Part shown: positions 1-13,727 of the stretch, piece after piece | How the letters are laid out: each line of letters starts with the position of its first letter | Numbering within the stretch: the stretch's first letter is position 1 | Assembly: GCF_036321535.1 (NCBI RefSeq) | Contig: NC_087437.1 | Span: 34,598,001 to 34,662,000 of the forward strand | Length of the DNA: 64,000 nt | Source: Camelus dromedarius | Taxonomy: Eukaryota | Reading direction: 5' to 3' | Notes under the pieces: generated by a model | Told to the model about the DNA's origin: nothing | What the model saw: only the letters and a program-made list of their open reading frames with translations | Databases searched by the model: none | Translations under genes and position numbers: made by a program

Positions 1-529
1 TTCATCATTTCTGATAAATTCTATGAATTTAGAGTTTCCCCTCCCCTACACCTGCCATCTCCCCAGAATGGCATCTAAGTTCTAGGGGACATGGGTGAAG
101 TGGCAGGTTCAACAACACCCCCTTCAGGCTGACATTCACCGCTCACATCCACGCTCCCATGGTCCCCAGTCATTAGTCCTAGTGCTGGCAGCGCCTTATC
201 TGAACTGTGGTGATGCCCCTCGAGCCACGTCTTCACCTCTCTTAGGGATCGAGAAACTTGGATGTCCTCCTGTGCCACTCTGGAGACTTGGGGGGCTGTT
301 TTAGACACAGCTGGTTGTTATTTCTACCCTTTCCTGTTTCCCTTGGCCCCAACTGAGAAGTGAATACAGGTCACTCTACTCTCAGATCCCCAAGCCTCCA
401 AGAGGATTCTATCAGTCATCACGACTCCTCCTCAACCCCCTGCTCCTGGGGCCTCAGCCTATCCTGAGCCACTCTCTCCTGCTCTCTTATTTGACTCTAG
501 CTTCAGCTTGCAGATTATCTAACATTTCA

Positions 530-817
530 GTGTCCACTAGTCTTATGTGGCTACTGAGCTCTTGAAATGTGGCTAGTCCAAAACGAGGTATACTGAAAGT
601 GAAAATGCACACCAATCTCAAAGACTTAGAAGAAAAGATTGTAAAATTCACATTAATATTTTTAGTACAGCTTATATACCTGTTGAAATGATAAAATCCT
701 GGATATGTTGAATTAAATATAAGATAGTACTAAAATTGATTTTACCTTTTCTTTTTACTTAAAAAAATATGGCTATGGGAATATTTTAAATTACGTTATA
801 TTTTGTTTGGACAGAGC
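530..817 (-). mobile_element. MER33-like hAT-Charlie non-autonomous DNA transposon
   Basis: ATGTGGCTACTGAGCTCTTGAAATGTGGCTAGTCC...TTGGACAGAG resembles the reverse complement of MER33; family recalled from memory. Confidence 0.7.
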
Positions 818-840
818 TCATCTAAGAAGTTTTAAGGAAG

Positions 841-1225
841 TATTATAGACTGAATTGTGTCTCCCCCACCACCCAAATTCATATCTGTAGCCCTAACCTG
901 CAATGTGACTGTATTTGGATTTAGGACCTTTAAGGGGGCAATTAGTGTTTAATGAGGTCATTAGGGCGGAGCTCTAATCCACTAGGATTTGTGTCCACAT
1001 AAGAGGAAGAAGAGTCACCAGGAAGGCACAGACAGAAGAAAGACCACGTGAGGACACAGTGAGAAGGCATCAGCTTCTAAGCCAGGAAGAGAAGCCTCAC
1101 AGAAACCAACACTGGCGGCACCCTAATACTGGACTGCAGCCTCCACAACTATGAAAAATCCGTTTCTGCTGTTTTAGCCACCTGGTCTATGGTATTCTGT
1201 TTTGGCAGCCCTAGCAGACTAACAT
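841..1225 (+). mobile_element. MLT1A/B-type MaLR solo LTR
   Basis: Starts TATTATAGACTGAATTGTGTCTCCCC and ends GGCAGCCCTAGCAGACTAACATA, typical MLT1 termini. Confidence 0.8.
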
Positions 1226-2339
1226 AGGAAGGAAACCTCATTCCGATAGCATGGCTTCTTTTAAAATCAGATGTTTATGCATCAGTTTTAGCTTTTGATC
1301 TGTAAAAACTTTCTCTTAGTCTACTGTCTGTGCCAGGAATTTGTAAAATTTTAAACTCAAAAGCTGAGTGAAAATGGACTCTTTAGTTCTCTGTTCTCTG
1401 TCGTGATCTTCCTTCCCCAAGGCCATAGAAGCAGCCACCCTCTGCTGCCTGAAGTTGAGAGGTCACAGAACAAAAAGGAAGTAGGGAAAATGAAATATCA
1501 TGTCAATCTGCTATAGCAGTTACTTTTTTCCTTTCCCCATTTTATCAAAACTCAGGAGAATCTGATTTCATTTATTTGGTCATTCATTAATTTGTTCCAT
1601 ATTTATTGCTTACAGATTGATTATGTGTATTTTAGTGTGAATAGCTTTCAGTAAGCATTTGCATTAAAAATTTCAGATCTTTAATGATATTATACTCTGT
1701 TAAAGAAATTGAGAGTATCACAGAAACTGTATGGTAATGGTAGATAAAGATGGTTAAAGGTACTAAAACTCTGCTGTCCATGTCATTATAGCTCAAAGTT
1801 TTGTCACCTATGGAAGAGACCTTTTTGTCCACCCTCAACATTGCTCTTACTTTGCTAGAAGTCCTTTAATTCCTGGTGTAATGCACACGGCACACCCAGG
1901 ATCAGTCTTGGTTTCCAACCATGGCAGGATACATAGTGGTCACTGGGGGACAGTGGAAGACCACAAAGCCAACTCTTGTACTTGGGTGCACATGGGTGGC
2001 TTCTCCTATCCTTTGAACTTTTCTGATTCATCAGGCATAACTGGGTCTTACTGCTCATCTCACTTCATCATGAATAGCTGTTTACTGCTTTGTGAGCCTC
2101 TGGAGAGCAGGACATTACAACTTTCATCTCTGAATATTCCCTTGCTCAGTACCAGTATATAGCAGATGCACAATATTTTGGAATGAAACAAAATTAATGC
2201 AGAAAGAGAATAAGTTTTCCCCTCAGATCCTCACCTCAGACTTTCTCTTAACCTCTTATCCTTGCTGACCTGGACACAAGGTCAAGCATCCTCCTCTAGC
2301 TCCTTTAATCTTAATCAATCTCTCCTCTTCTTTGTAAGA

Positions 2340-2915
2340 ACAAATTACTTTTTTAAATTGTTTAATTACCCAAGTACATGAAGATATTCTCAGTATAACA
2401 TGATAAAATAATATAAAGAAATTATTAATTACCAATTACTACTGCATGGCCATCTCCTCCATTGCATAGCAGTGTGGGAATAACTTCTAACCCCTTTCCC
2501 ACATATTTTTATATATGCCTACTAAAATAGATATATATGTGTGTATATTAATATATTATTTCTAACATATTATATATACTAACATACATACTTAACCTAA
2601 ATGATTTTTTGCTGTTGTGTACTGTTTGGCAACTTGCTTTTTTGCCCACTTAATAGCCTGATATCCTTTTATGTCAATATGCATACATCTCCCTTGTTCT
2701 TCTTTTAGCTGCTGCAAAGTATTCTGTAGCACAGAGGAACCAAAATACATTTTAAATGTATTTAGCTTGTTCTCTATTGATGATCATAAAAGCCGTTGCA
2801 ATTTTTCACTGTTATAAACAATGAACATCCATTTATTTACATGCTTCTTCGGACACACATACAAATGTTTTTTATGATAGATCCCTAGAGGTTCACTTAG
2901 TGGGTTAAAGGGTAC
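2340..2915 (-). mobile_element. Old L1M 3' fragment
   Basis: Degenerate antisense L1 3'-end motifs (TCTCTATTGATG, AATGAACATCC, GGGTTAAAGGGTA); boundaries approximate. Confidence 0.55.
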
Positions 2916-3669
2916 ATTCGGTACTGGGGACAGTCTTGAGGAAGAGGCTTTCTTGGCCATTTGCCATACAATGTTTCCTTGCTTATAAACTAAATAGGCT
3001 TGCTAAAATATACTGGGGCAGAATAACATAGCAAGACTTGAATTGTTCCAGTCTAAGGAGATAATTTATGTACATTGTATGACCATAGATAGACCATATG
3101 ATGTCCTTTAATTTTCCTTTGACACCCCGTGGCTATCTTCCCCTGCTGCATAGCAGTAATGGAAAGTATCCTTCCAAGCCCTTTCCCAACATTTACATTA
3201 TGTCTAAAGAAATTTTGCATGCCTGCTACTTTGTGATACCTCTGTCAATGAACAGAGGAAGCTAACTTCAGTACTCAAAATGAGAAAGAAAATGTTATTA
3301 GTCATTATTGACTATCATCTTGTTCAAGAAGGGGAAGGTGGATCATATCAAGAGAATCAGAGTCACCAGGTCATAGCCAAGGTGACAGACCTCAAGACTT
3401 TTATCTGCTCCATGGACACAGTTCAACAGTTAATGTGGAAAACCTTACCATCTGACTGGTAAGAAATCAGAATGAGTATTATCTGAGCACTTATTATCTT
3501 GAGAGGGAAATAAAGTGACTTTTCTAAAACACTTTTCTAACATCTGTCTCTTGCAGTTCTGAACTTTCTCACTGATTTATATAAAGAAACTACTAATTGC
3601 TGAGGTTTTGGCAGGAGTGAGTATATCCTCTAACCATTGGCTCAAAATTCCCCCAAATAATATATTTTA

Positions 3670-4200
3670 AATTTTAATATATTGCCAAACTACCCTCCAA
3701 AAGGCAGGTATCAATTTATACTCCCACTAATAGTGACTGAGTCTAACATACTATCAGCTGTCATCTGATGGGTGAAAAATGCTCTCTTACTGCTTTAGTG
3801 TATATTTCTCTGATGACCAGTGACATTCAGCATAATTTTACATAAGATTTGGCTGTTTGTATATCCTCCTATGAACTATCTGTTCATATCCTTTGCTCAT
3901 TTTCTAATTTGTCTGTGTGTTTTTTTTATTGACCTCTATGAATTCATGATGTATTATGTATATGAAACTTTCATTATATTATTAATATTTCCTCTAGCTT
4001 TTTTGGTCTTTTGATTTTGTTTAAGGTGCTGTTCTTATACAAAAATTTTAAATGCTTATCTACTAAATATATTAACCAATATCCATTCTTTTTAGGTTTT
4101 ACAATTTGGAGAATTTTAGCTTAAGAAAACCATATATCACCAAGGTTACTGATATATTCTTCAATATTTTCTTCTAATATTTTAATATATTTTGAATGTT
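3670..4200 (-). mobile_element. Old L1M ORF2 fragment
   Basis: TTGCCAAACTACCCTCCAAAA...CTGTTCATATCCTTTGCTCATTTT, an antisense L1 ORF2 3' region. Confidence 0.6.
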
Positions 4201-5094
4201 TTTAACTAAAATTCTAAAATATGAGTACATTCTCCCTAAAAATTTAAACAATTTCTAGTCATATGATGAACTACATCTTAAGTAAAATCCTTCCCAGTAT
4301 AGCAGAAGTAAAAATGCAGTATAAAACATTAAAACAAATAAACAAAAAAATCAAATAAACATTTTTATATGTTTGTCTGAGGCTGAGCTGGTTAAAAATA
4401 AGGGGACTTCTTCAGAGGCTGGGGAAAAAGAAAGCAAAATCTGTAGGGTTAGACAAAGCCCTGAGTGTTTATGTGATCTTTAGTGGCCAGCAGCCTGAGT
4501 TTTAATGGACCCAATGTAAGGTGGGAATTAGAATAGAGTACCTTCAAGGATGACTTTCAGTAGGTGAATTAGAAAAATCTTACCCACCTGACTATTAGTG
4601 GTGATATCTACCAGTCTCACCTGGGCTCTGGGCAGCGCTGAACAAAGAGGAAAAAGGCCTGAGAATTCTTAATCATAAGCTTACTTTCACATGTGTTTAG
4701 AACTGGAATTCATACTACTTATACATTCCAAATAAGCTGCAAGCCAAAAGTGTAGTTGGTAGCATTCCTAATACCTAGAGGAAGCAAATCCAGACCCTCC
4801 TCAAAAGAACAGTTGTTAAACTCAAATCCACATATACATTTTCAAGGAATGTAACTTTAGATACGTGAGGAAAGAGCAGAACTAACACACTGCGGAGTCA
4901 GGCATTAAAGTCTTCAAATAATGAAATGGTCTGGTACAGAATAAAATATAGGTGTATTTGATGTATTTAAAGAAAAAAATTTTAAGATTATTGGAAGAAT
5001 GCCAAACTATAAACCATCAGAATGGACCACACAGATTTGTAGAACCAAACAGAATTTATACACATTAAAATTATAATAATTGAATACAGAAATT

Positions 5095-5920
5095 AATGGA
5101 ACAAATGGTAAACAGTCACATGAAAAGATGCTCAATATCACTGATTATCAGAGATATGCAAATCAAAACTACAACGCGGTCAGAATGGCCATCATTTAAA
5201 AGTTCACAAACGATAAATGCTGGAGAGGGTGTGGAGAAAAGGGAACCCTCCTACACTGTTGGTGTGATTGTAGTTTGGTGCAGCCACTATGGAAAACAGT
5301 GTGGAGATTCCTTAAAAAACTAAAAATGGAGTTGCCATATGATTCAGCAATCCCACTCCTGGGCATATATCTGGAGAAAACTAATTCAAAAAGATACATG
5401 CACCCCAATGTTAACAGCAGCACTATTTATAATAGCCAAGACATGGAAGCAACCTAAACGTCCATCAATAGATGACTAGATATATATACACAACTTCTTC
5501 TTTTATATATATAACATATATATATAAATACGCATGCAATGGAATACTATTCAGCCATAAAAAGAATAAAATAATGCTATTTGCAGCAACATGGATGGAC
5601 CTAGAGATTATCATATTATAAGGTGAAGTAAGTCAGACTATTTACAAAACAGAAGCAGAAAATAAACTTATTGTTACCAAAGGGCAAGGGGCTTGGGGAG
5701 GGATAAATTGGGAGTTTGGGATTAACATATATATACCACTATATATAAAATAAGTAAACAACAGGTTTTACTATATAGCACAGGGAACTATATTCACTAT
5801 CTTGTAATAACCTATAATGGGAAAGAATATGAAAAAGAATGTATATGTATAACTGAATCACTACACTGTACACCAGAAATTGACACAACATTGTAAACTG
5901 ACTCTACTTCAATAAAAATA
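5095..5920 (+). mobile_element. 5'-truncated L1 (ORF2 C-terminus and 3'UTR)
   Basis: Encodes [19 protein letters not shown] and [22 protein letters not shown] in broken frames; AATAAA at 5911. Confidence 0.9.
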
Positions 5921-8404
5921 TATATAAACAAATAGATGTCTTTTAAATCAATAGTATTGAAAAGATTTACTGTACATTTGGAAACCAGATGTACTGTTCA
6001 AAAAGAAATTCCAGACACTAAAATTAAATCTAATTAAAAAAAAAACCAAAAATATCAGAACATCAATAGGGTGAGGTATTTATTCACACTGTTTGCCAAA
6101 TAGATCTGGTTTGCTCCCTTTTTGGTGCACAGTAGGATAGCCCTTCCTGCCTCCTTGTGGTCACATGGGATCATGAAACCCATTCTGGACAATGAGTTGT
6201 GAGTAGAAGTGGTAGGTGCACTTCTGGCCCCGAACATGTAATTGACTATGAAAGATTCTTCAGAGCTCTTTCCCCTACATCACAGTGATCAGCAATGTTC
6301 ATGGTAGCGGCTGCTCCATTAGCCTAGGTCCCAGAATGAAGAAAGAAACTCTGCATCTTGTTTATGTGTTTATACATTTATCTCCCCCTCGCCACTTTGC
6401 ATTAGAATGTAAACTTGAGAGCAGGGACTCTGTCCATGTCACTAGCCACTGTACCTCCAATACTTAAAATAGTATCTGACTTATAATTAAATGTTCTACA
6501 GATACGTGTTACTGATTGATTTTTGATTGGGATTGAATTTATCTCACAGATTAATTTAGGAGTGAACTGGCATTTTCACAATGTTGTTTCTCTTCCTTTA
6601 TTTGGTATTTTTTAAGACCAGCAGTAAAGATTTAACATTTTCTTCATACAGGCATTGTGCATGCATTATTGAGTTTATTCCTAGGTTTTTTACAGCTTTT
6701 ATTGCTATTGAGAATGGGATTTTTCTCAGTTTTTGCTAACTAAGAGGAATTCTACTTATCTTTGTATGATCTAGTGTCTGGCCAGAATGTAAGACTTAGC
6801 TGATCATCCAGTTCTCTGTTTTCTAGGTAGACAATCATGTCATCTACAAATTTCCTTGCCTTTCCCTCTGACTTGGGATCCCTGGATGACCGTCTTATAT
6901 TTGGGGGCTCCCTGGATGTTATTTAAATTAATATTTCATGACATTTCTCTATTACAAATTTATTTATTTGGTCTTCTGGACCATAGCTGAGAGAAAAGTC
7001 CTTTCTCTTTCCTTAGTGAAACTTATATCTGTTATTTCAGTAGGCTATGTCAGATATTGGGTTATTATGAGTCTGTAATGATAGGACTCTGGAGATCACT
7101 TAGATGTGGGTGGGAGAGAAAATCATCAGTAAACATCCGGGGAAAAGCAAGAAGCTAATAAAATGATCTGGGCACAAGCTTGGTCAGGTCATCAAACTGG
7201 CTAATATTGGCCAGCTAGGTCCACCACATGCTCCAAGGAATGGAGGCACTCTTCCACCCAGAAATAGGAACTCTGGAGGGTAGCTGAAACAGAGAAGGTA
7301 TCAAGATTCTGTTCAGGGCCCTTTTGCCCAAACCCCTAGGGAAGCAGCACTCCACAGGAGGAGTATTTTGATGGAAGAGAAAGCTGTGGCTTCTATGAAG
7401 GGAATCCGGACTCTCCAGAAAAGATCCAAATCCTGGAGGATAATGGGTTACTCTTTGCCTCTCATCAGCATGTCTCACTGGGCCTCAGACTCAGTACCAC
7501 ATAGCAGCCCTGGGAAGGCTCCCTCAACCTAAGATTCTTCCACTAGGCCTCTCAGTAGCCTCTGTGACCACTACCTGGCACAGTGCTTGGCACACGGCAA
7601 TTAAGGTGTATTTGTCTAATTCCTAGCATAAAGAAACGTATTTTCTGATACATTTGATTTCTGTCAATCTGTCAAGTGTTTTAAAAATTTCCATATTATT
7701 CAAGAGAAAGTCAAACATCCTATAATCTTTCTGTGAACTTTAGATCTTCTTTACTTCTGGGTATTTACATTTCATCCTGAGATTCCTGTAAATATTTTTA
7801 TGCAAACTTATGTGTATATTTTTGACTTGGCAAGAATTCAGTAAAGGCTGGAGCAAGGTGTCCCAACATGTAGTTGGATAGAAAACTGATGAAAAATACA
7901 GAAGTTACTCAGTTATTAAGAGAGCTTTATACTGAAAGTTAGAGTCCGAGGGTTAGGGATGCTAATTTTGGAAAGAGTATGGCAAATGTGAGTCAGGATA
8001 CCTATTTTAGGAAAAGAGGGGAGTGGAAGAATCCTAGTTACCTGACCTGGGTTTTACAGTCTGAATCGGGACTTATTTAAAAAGGCAAAAAAATAAAAAT
8101 AAAAATAAAATAAGATAAAATTAAATTAAAAAGACATTTGCCTAGTTGTTAAAATTAGGATCCCATGTTATGACTAGGTTAGCGATTAGGATGACTGTGC
8201 TAGGTCTTAGAAAGGAGGATTGGAGCTGCTTAAGTATTTGATATCTCAGACCAGGATTGAGACTATGGTTAGCTTCCAAAAGAGGATCAAGTGGCCTCAA
8301 CTATTGGGAGGAGGGATTAAAGGCTTGGGAACCATATTTTGTCTGATACCAGCAACTGAGAATGGTAAATACGGGAATATGCCCCTCCTATGCTCATAAT
8401 AGAC

Positions 8405-8858
8405 AGTATTAGTCAGGGTTTTCCAGAGAAACAGAACACTTACAGATATAAAATATAGAAAGAGATTTATTATGAGGGATTGACTCATGTGATCATGGAG
8501 GCTAAGAAGTCCCGTGGTCTGCAGTCTGTAGGCAGGTCCATTCCAAAGCCAATGGGCTAAGAACCAAGGGAGCCAATCGTGTAAAATCCCCATCTGATGT
8601 CTGAGGGCAGGAGAAGGTGGACATCTCTGCTGAAGCAGAGAGTAAATTAACCCTTCCTCTGCCTTTTTGTTCTATCAGGCCCTCAATGGATTCGATAATG
8701 CCCACCTGCATTGGCAAGGATGAACTTCTTTACTCAGTTTACTGATTCAAATGTATCTCTTCCAGAAATACTCTCACAAACACACCCTGAAGTAATGTTT
8801 TGCCAGCTATCTGGATGGGCTTTCCCCGCTCGCGTTGACACATAAATTAACTATCACA
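8405..8858 (-). mobile_element. MLT2 (ERVL) solo LTR
   Basis: GTATTAGTCAGGGTTTTCCAGAGAAACAGAAC...AATTAACTATCACA; flanks TAGAC/CAGAC fit a 5-bp TSD with one mismatch. Confidence 0.85.
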
Positions 8859-8994
8859 CAGACATTGGTAATGGAGCATAGTACTGTTTCCCATGGGGCC
8901 AAGATACAACTTTATATTCTCTCTCAAAAAAGTTGCTAACAACAAATCCCATTTGGCCAAGCAAATATAAACCATCTGCTATCCCTATAACCAA

Positions 8995-9230
8995 TAATAA
9001 AATAATAACAGCTACTATTTACTGAGTGTGAACCACGTGCCATGTACTAGGCTGTGTTATATCTCATTTATTCCTTACAATAACCCTGAGAGATAGAAGT
9101 TATTCTTTCTCCCAATTTACGATGAAGAAATTAAGGTGAGAGGTAACTTGGTCAGGTTCATAGAGGAAAAAATAATGCAGTTGTGATTGGAAGCCAAGTC
9201 TGTCTGATTTCAGATTCTGTGCTTAACTAA
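8995..9230 (-). mobile_element. MIR SINE
   Basis: ATCTCATTTATTCCTTACAATAACCCTGAGAG...CCCAATTTACGATGAAGAAA, the antisense MIR core. Confidence 0.75.
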
Positions 9231-9931
9231 TTAAACCTGGAAAGGTTAGTGCTTGAAAACTGTATCAACCTAAATACTTAGAGTATTTAATCTGTACCCT
9301 GAAAATTTTCATGCCGGAGTTAACTTTAGCCATGCACTTGAACTAACATGTGTCCCAGTTTGTACTATTTGAGGTAACAGGACTATCAATGAAGAATTGA
9401 AGTGTGAGGGCATAATCTTTGATGAACATAATGTTGCCTTGATTGGTCTTCCTGGAAAGCCAACCCTGAGGTCCTGCAGTAATGTGACAGGACCGGGGGA
9501 ACCTTGAGGGGCTGTCCTATCTCTTGGTGGCCTGGCTTATTACATCACTTGTCACTTTAAATGTGATAATATTTTCTTTTCTCTCTTACTCTACTATTCC
9601 TTTTATTTCTTTTTTTTAACATTTTTTATTGATTTATAATCATTTTACAATGTTGTGTCAAATTCCAGTGTTCAGCACAATTTTTCAGTTATTCATGGAC
9701 ATATACACACTCATTGTCACATTTTTTTCTCTGTGAGTTATCATAACATTTTGTGTATATTTCTCTGTGCTATACAGTGTAGTCTATTCTACAATTTTGA
9801 AATCCCAGTCTATCCCTTCCCACCCTCCACCCCCCTGGTAACCACAAGTCTGTATTCTCTGTCTGTGAGTCTATTTCTGTCCTTTATTTACACTTTGTTT
9901 TTGTTTGTTTGTTTGTTTTTGTTTTTGTTTT

Positions 9932-12900
9932 TTAGATTCCACATATGAGCGATCTCATATGGTATTTTTCTTTCTCTTTCTGGCTTACTTCACTTAGAAT
10001 GACATTCTCCAGGAGCATCCATGTTGCTGCAAATGGCATTATGTTCTCGGTTTTTATGGCTGAGTAGTATTCCATTGTATAAATATACCACTCTTCTTTA
10101 TCCAGTCACCTGTTGATGGACATTTAGGCTGTTTCCATGTTTTGGCTATTGTAAATAGTGCTGCTATGAACATTGGGGTGCAGGTGTCATCCTGAAGTAG
10201 ATTTCCTTCTGGATACAAGCCCAGGAGTGGGATTCCTGGGTCATATGGTAAGTCTATTCCTAGTCTTTTGAGGAATCTCCACACTGTTTTCCATAGTGGC
10301 TGCACCAAACTGCATTCCCACCAGCAGTGTAGGAGGGTTCCCCTTTCTCCACAGCCTCTCCAGCATTTGTCATTTGTGGATTTTTGAATGACGGCCATTC
10401 TGACTGGTGTGAGGTGATACCTCATTGTAGTTTTGATTTGCATTTCTCTGATAATTAGTGATATTGAGCATTTTTTCATGTGCTTTTTAATCATTTGTAT
10501 GTCTTCCTTGGAGAATTGCTTGTTTAGGTCTTCTGCCCATTTTTGGATTGGGTTGTTGATTTTTTTCTTATTGAGTCGTATGAGCTGCTTATATATTCTG
10601 GAGATCAAGCCTTTGTCGGTTTCACTTGCAAAAATTTTCTCCCATTCCGTAGGTTTTCTTCTTGTTTTATTTCTGGTTTCCTTTGCTGTGCAGAAGTTTG
10701 TAAGTTTCATTAGGTCCCATTTGTTTATTCTTGCTTTTATTTCTTCTAGGAGAAAATTTTTTAAATGTATGTCAGATAATGTTTTGCCGATGTTTTCCTC
10801 TAGGAGGTTTATTGTATCTTGTCTTATGTTTAAGTCTTTAATCCATTTTGAGTTGATTTTTGTATATGGTGTAAGGGAGTGTTCTAGCTTCATTGTTTTA
10901 CATGCTGCTGTCCAGTTTTCCCAACACCATTTGCTGAAGAGACTGTCTTTATTCCAATGTATATTCTTGCCTCCTTTGTCAAAGATGAGTTGACCAAAAG
11001 TTTGTGGGTTCATTTCTGGGCTCTCTATTCTGTTCCATTGGTCTATATGTCTGTTTTGGTACCAATACCATGCTGTCTTGATGACTGTAGCTCTATAGTA
11101 TTGTCTGAAGTCTGGGAGAGTTATTCCTCCAGCCTCTTTCTTTCTCTTCAGTAATGCTTTGGCAATTCTAGGTCTTTGATGGTTCCATATGAATTTTATT
11201 ATGATTTGTTCTAGTTCTGTGAAATATGTCCTGGGTAATTGGATAGGGATTGCATTAAATCTGTAGATTGCCTTGGGCAGTGTGACCATTTTAACAATAT
11301 TGATTCTTCCAATCCAAGAGCATGGAATATCTTTCCATTTTTTAAAGTCTTCTTTAATTTCCTTCATCAGTGGTTTATAGTTTTCTGTGTATAATTCTTT
11401 CACCTCCTTGGTTAGATTTATTCCCAGATATTTTATTACTTTGGGTGCTATTTTAAAGGGGATTGTTTCTTTACTTTCTTCTTCTGTTGATTTATCGTTA
11501 GTGTAAAGAAATGCAACTGATTTTTGAACGTTAATTTTGTAACCTGCTACCTTGCTGAATTCTTCCATCAGCTCTAGTAGCTTTTGTGTGCACCTTTTAG
11601 GGTTTTCTATATATAGTAACATGTCATCAGCATATAATGACACTTTTACCTCTTCTTTTCCAATTTGGATCCCTTTTATTTCTTTCTCTTGCCTGACTGC
11701 TGTGGCTAGGACTTCCAGGACTATGTTGAATAGGAGTGGTGATAGTGGGCATCCTTGTCTTGTCCCAGATTTTAGTGGGAAGCTTTTGAGTTTTTCACCA
11801 TTGAGTACTATGCTGGCTGTAGGTTTGTCATATATAGCTTTTATTATGTTGAGATATGTTCCCTCTATACCCACTTTGGCGAGAGTTTTTATCATAAATG
11901 GGTGTGAATTTTATCAAATGCTTTTTCTGCATCGATTGAGATGATCATGTGGTTTTTGTCCTTTCTCTTGTTGATGTGATGTATTACACTGATTGATTTG
12001 CATATGTTGAACCAGCCTTGTGTCCCTGGGATGAACCCCACTTGGTCATGATGTATAATCTTTTTTATGTGTTGTTGGATTCTATTTGCTAAAATTTTGG
12101 TGAGGATTTTGGCGTCTATGTTCATCAGTGATATTGGCCTATAATTCTCTTTTTTTGTAGTGTCTTTGCCTGGTTTTGGTATCAGGGTGATGGTGGCTTC
12201 ATAGAATGAGTTTGGGAGTATTCCCTCCTTTTCAATCGTCTGGAAGAGTTTGAGAAGGACTGGTAGGAGTTCTTCTTTGTATGTTTGGTAGAATTCCCCG
12301 GTGAAGCCATCCGGTCCTGGACTTTTATTTGTAGGGAGGTTTTTAATTGCTATTTCTATTTCCTTTCTAGTGATCGGATTGTTCAAGTGTTCAGATTCTT
12401 CTTGATTCAGTTTTGGTGGACAGTATGTTTCCAGAAACTTGTCCATCTCCTCTAGGTTATCCAGTTTGGTTCCATATAGTTTTTCATAATATTCTCGTAT
12501 GATATTCTGTATTTCTATTTTGTTTGTTGTAATTTCTCCATTTTCCTTTCTTATTTTGCTAATTTGTGCTCTCTCTTTTTTCTTCTTTGTGAGTTTGGCC
12601 AGAGGTTTGTCGATTTTATTTACCTTTTCAAAAAACCAGCTTTGGGTTTGGTTGATTTTTTCTATGGTCTTGTTAATCTCTATTGTATTTAATTCCTCTC
12701 TGATCTTTATTATTTCCTTCCTTCTGCTGCTTTTTGGGGCTTTTTGTTCTTCTTTTTCTAATTCATTCAGGTGGTGGGTTAAATTGTTTATTTGAGATTG
12801 TTCTTCTTTTTTGAGGAAGGCCTGTATCGCTATAAACTTCCCTCTTAGCACTGCCTTTGCTGTGTCCCATAGGTTTTGAGTGGTTGTGCTTTCATTATCA

Positions 12901-13727
12901 TTTGTCTCAAGGTATTTTTTAATTTTAGCTTTGATTTCCTCATTGATCCATTGTTTTTTCAATAACATATTGTTTAATCTCCATGCTTTCCTTTTTTTCT
13001 CCTTTGTTTCTCTGTTGTTGATTTCCAGTTTCATGGCATTGTGGTCAGTAAAGATGCTTGAGATAATTTCTATCTTCTTAAAATTGTTGAGGTTTCTTTT
13101 GTGCCCAAGTACATGATCGATCCTGGAAAATGTTCCATGTGCACTTGAAAAGAATGTATATCCTATTTTTGGGGGGTGTAATGTTCTGAAAATATCCACC
13201 AAATCTAGTTTTTCTATTGTAGTATTTAATTTCTCTGTTGCCTTGTTTATTTTCTGTCTGGAAGATCTGTCTAGTGATGTTAATGCAGTGTTAAAATCTC
13301 CAACTATGATTGTATTCCCATCAATATCCCCCTTTATCTCTGTTAGTAATTCTTGTATGTACTTTGGTGCTCCTATATTGGGTGCATATATATTAACGAG
13401 TGTAATACCCTCATCTTGTATCACTCCTTTAATCATTATAAAATGTCCTTCTTTATCTTTCTTTATGGCCTTTGTTTTAAAGTCTATTTTGTCTGAAATC
13501 AGTACTGCAACACCTGCTTTTTTGGCTTTTCCATTTGCATGGAATATCCTTTTCCATCCTTTCACTCTCAATCTATATGTGTCCTTCTCCCTAAAGTGGG
13601 TCTCTTGTATGCAGCATATTGAAGGTTCTTGCTTTATTATCCAGTCTGCCACTCTGTGTCTTTTGACTGGAGCACTTAGTCCATTAACATTTACAGTAAT
13701 TAATGATAGATGTGTGTTTATTGCCAT
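9932..13727 (-). pseudogene. L1 ORF2p (APE endonuclease, reverse transcriptase, CCHC) with two 1-bp frameshifts
   Basis: EN motifs [47 protein letters not shown]. Frameshifts near 11905 (KI-Q-HPFMIK) and near 10092 (KK-x-WYIYTME); restored frame ends ...LICGI* at 9932. Confidence 0.95.

Noticed and set aside
75..308. Overlapping 77-aa (-) and 69-aa (+) ORFs in moderately GC-rich DNA
   Set aside because: GTG starts; the minus ORF has an in-frame stop just upstream and only a weak acceptor; no recognisable domain; at the window edge
7041..7109. Possible exon reading RLCQILGYYESVMIGLWRSLRC
   Set aside because: The donor GTGGGA is weak and there is no independent support
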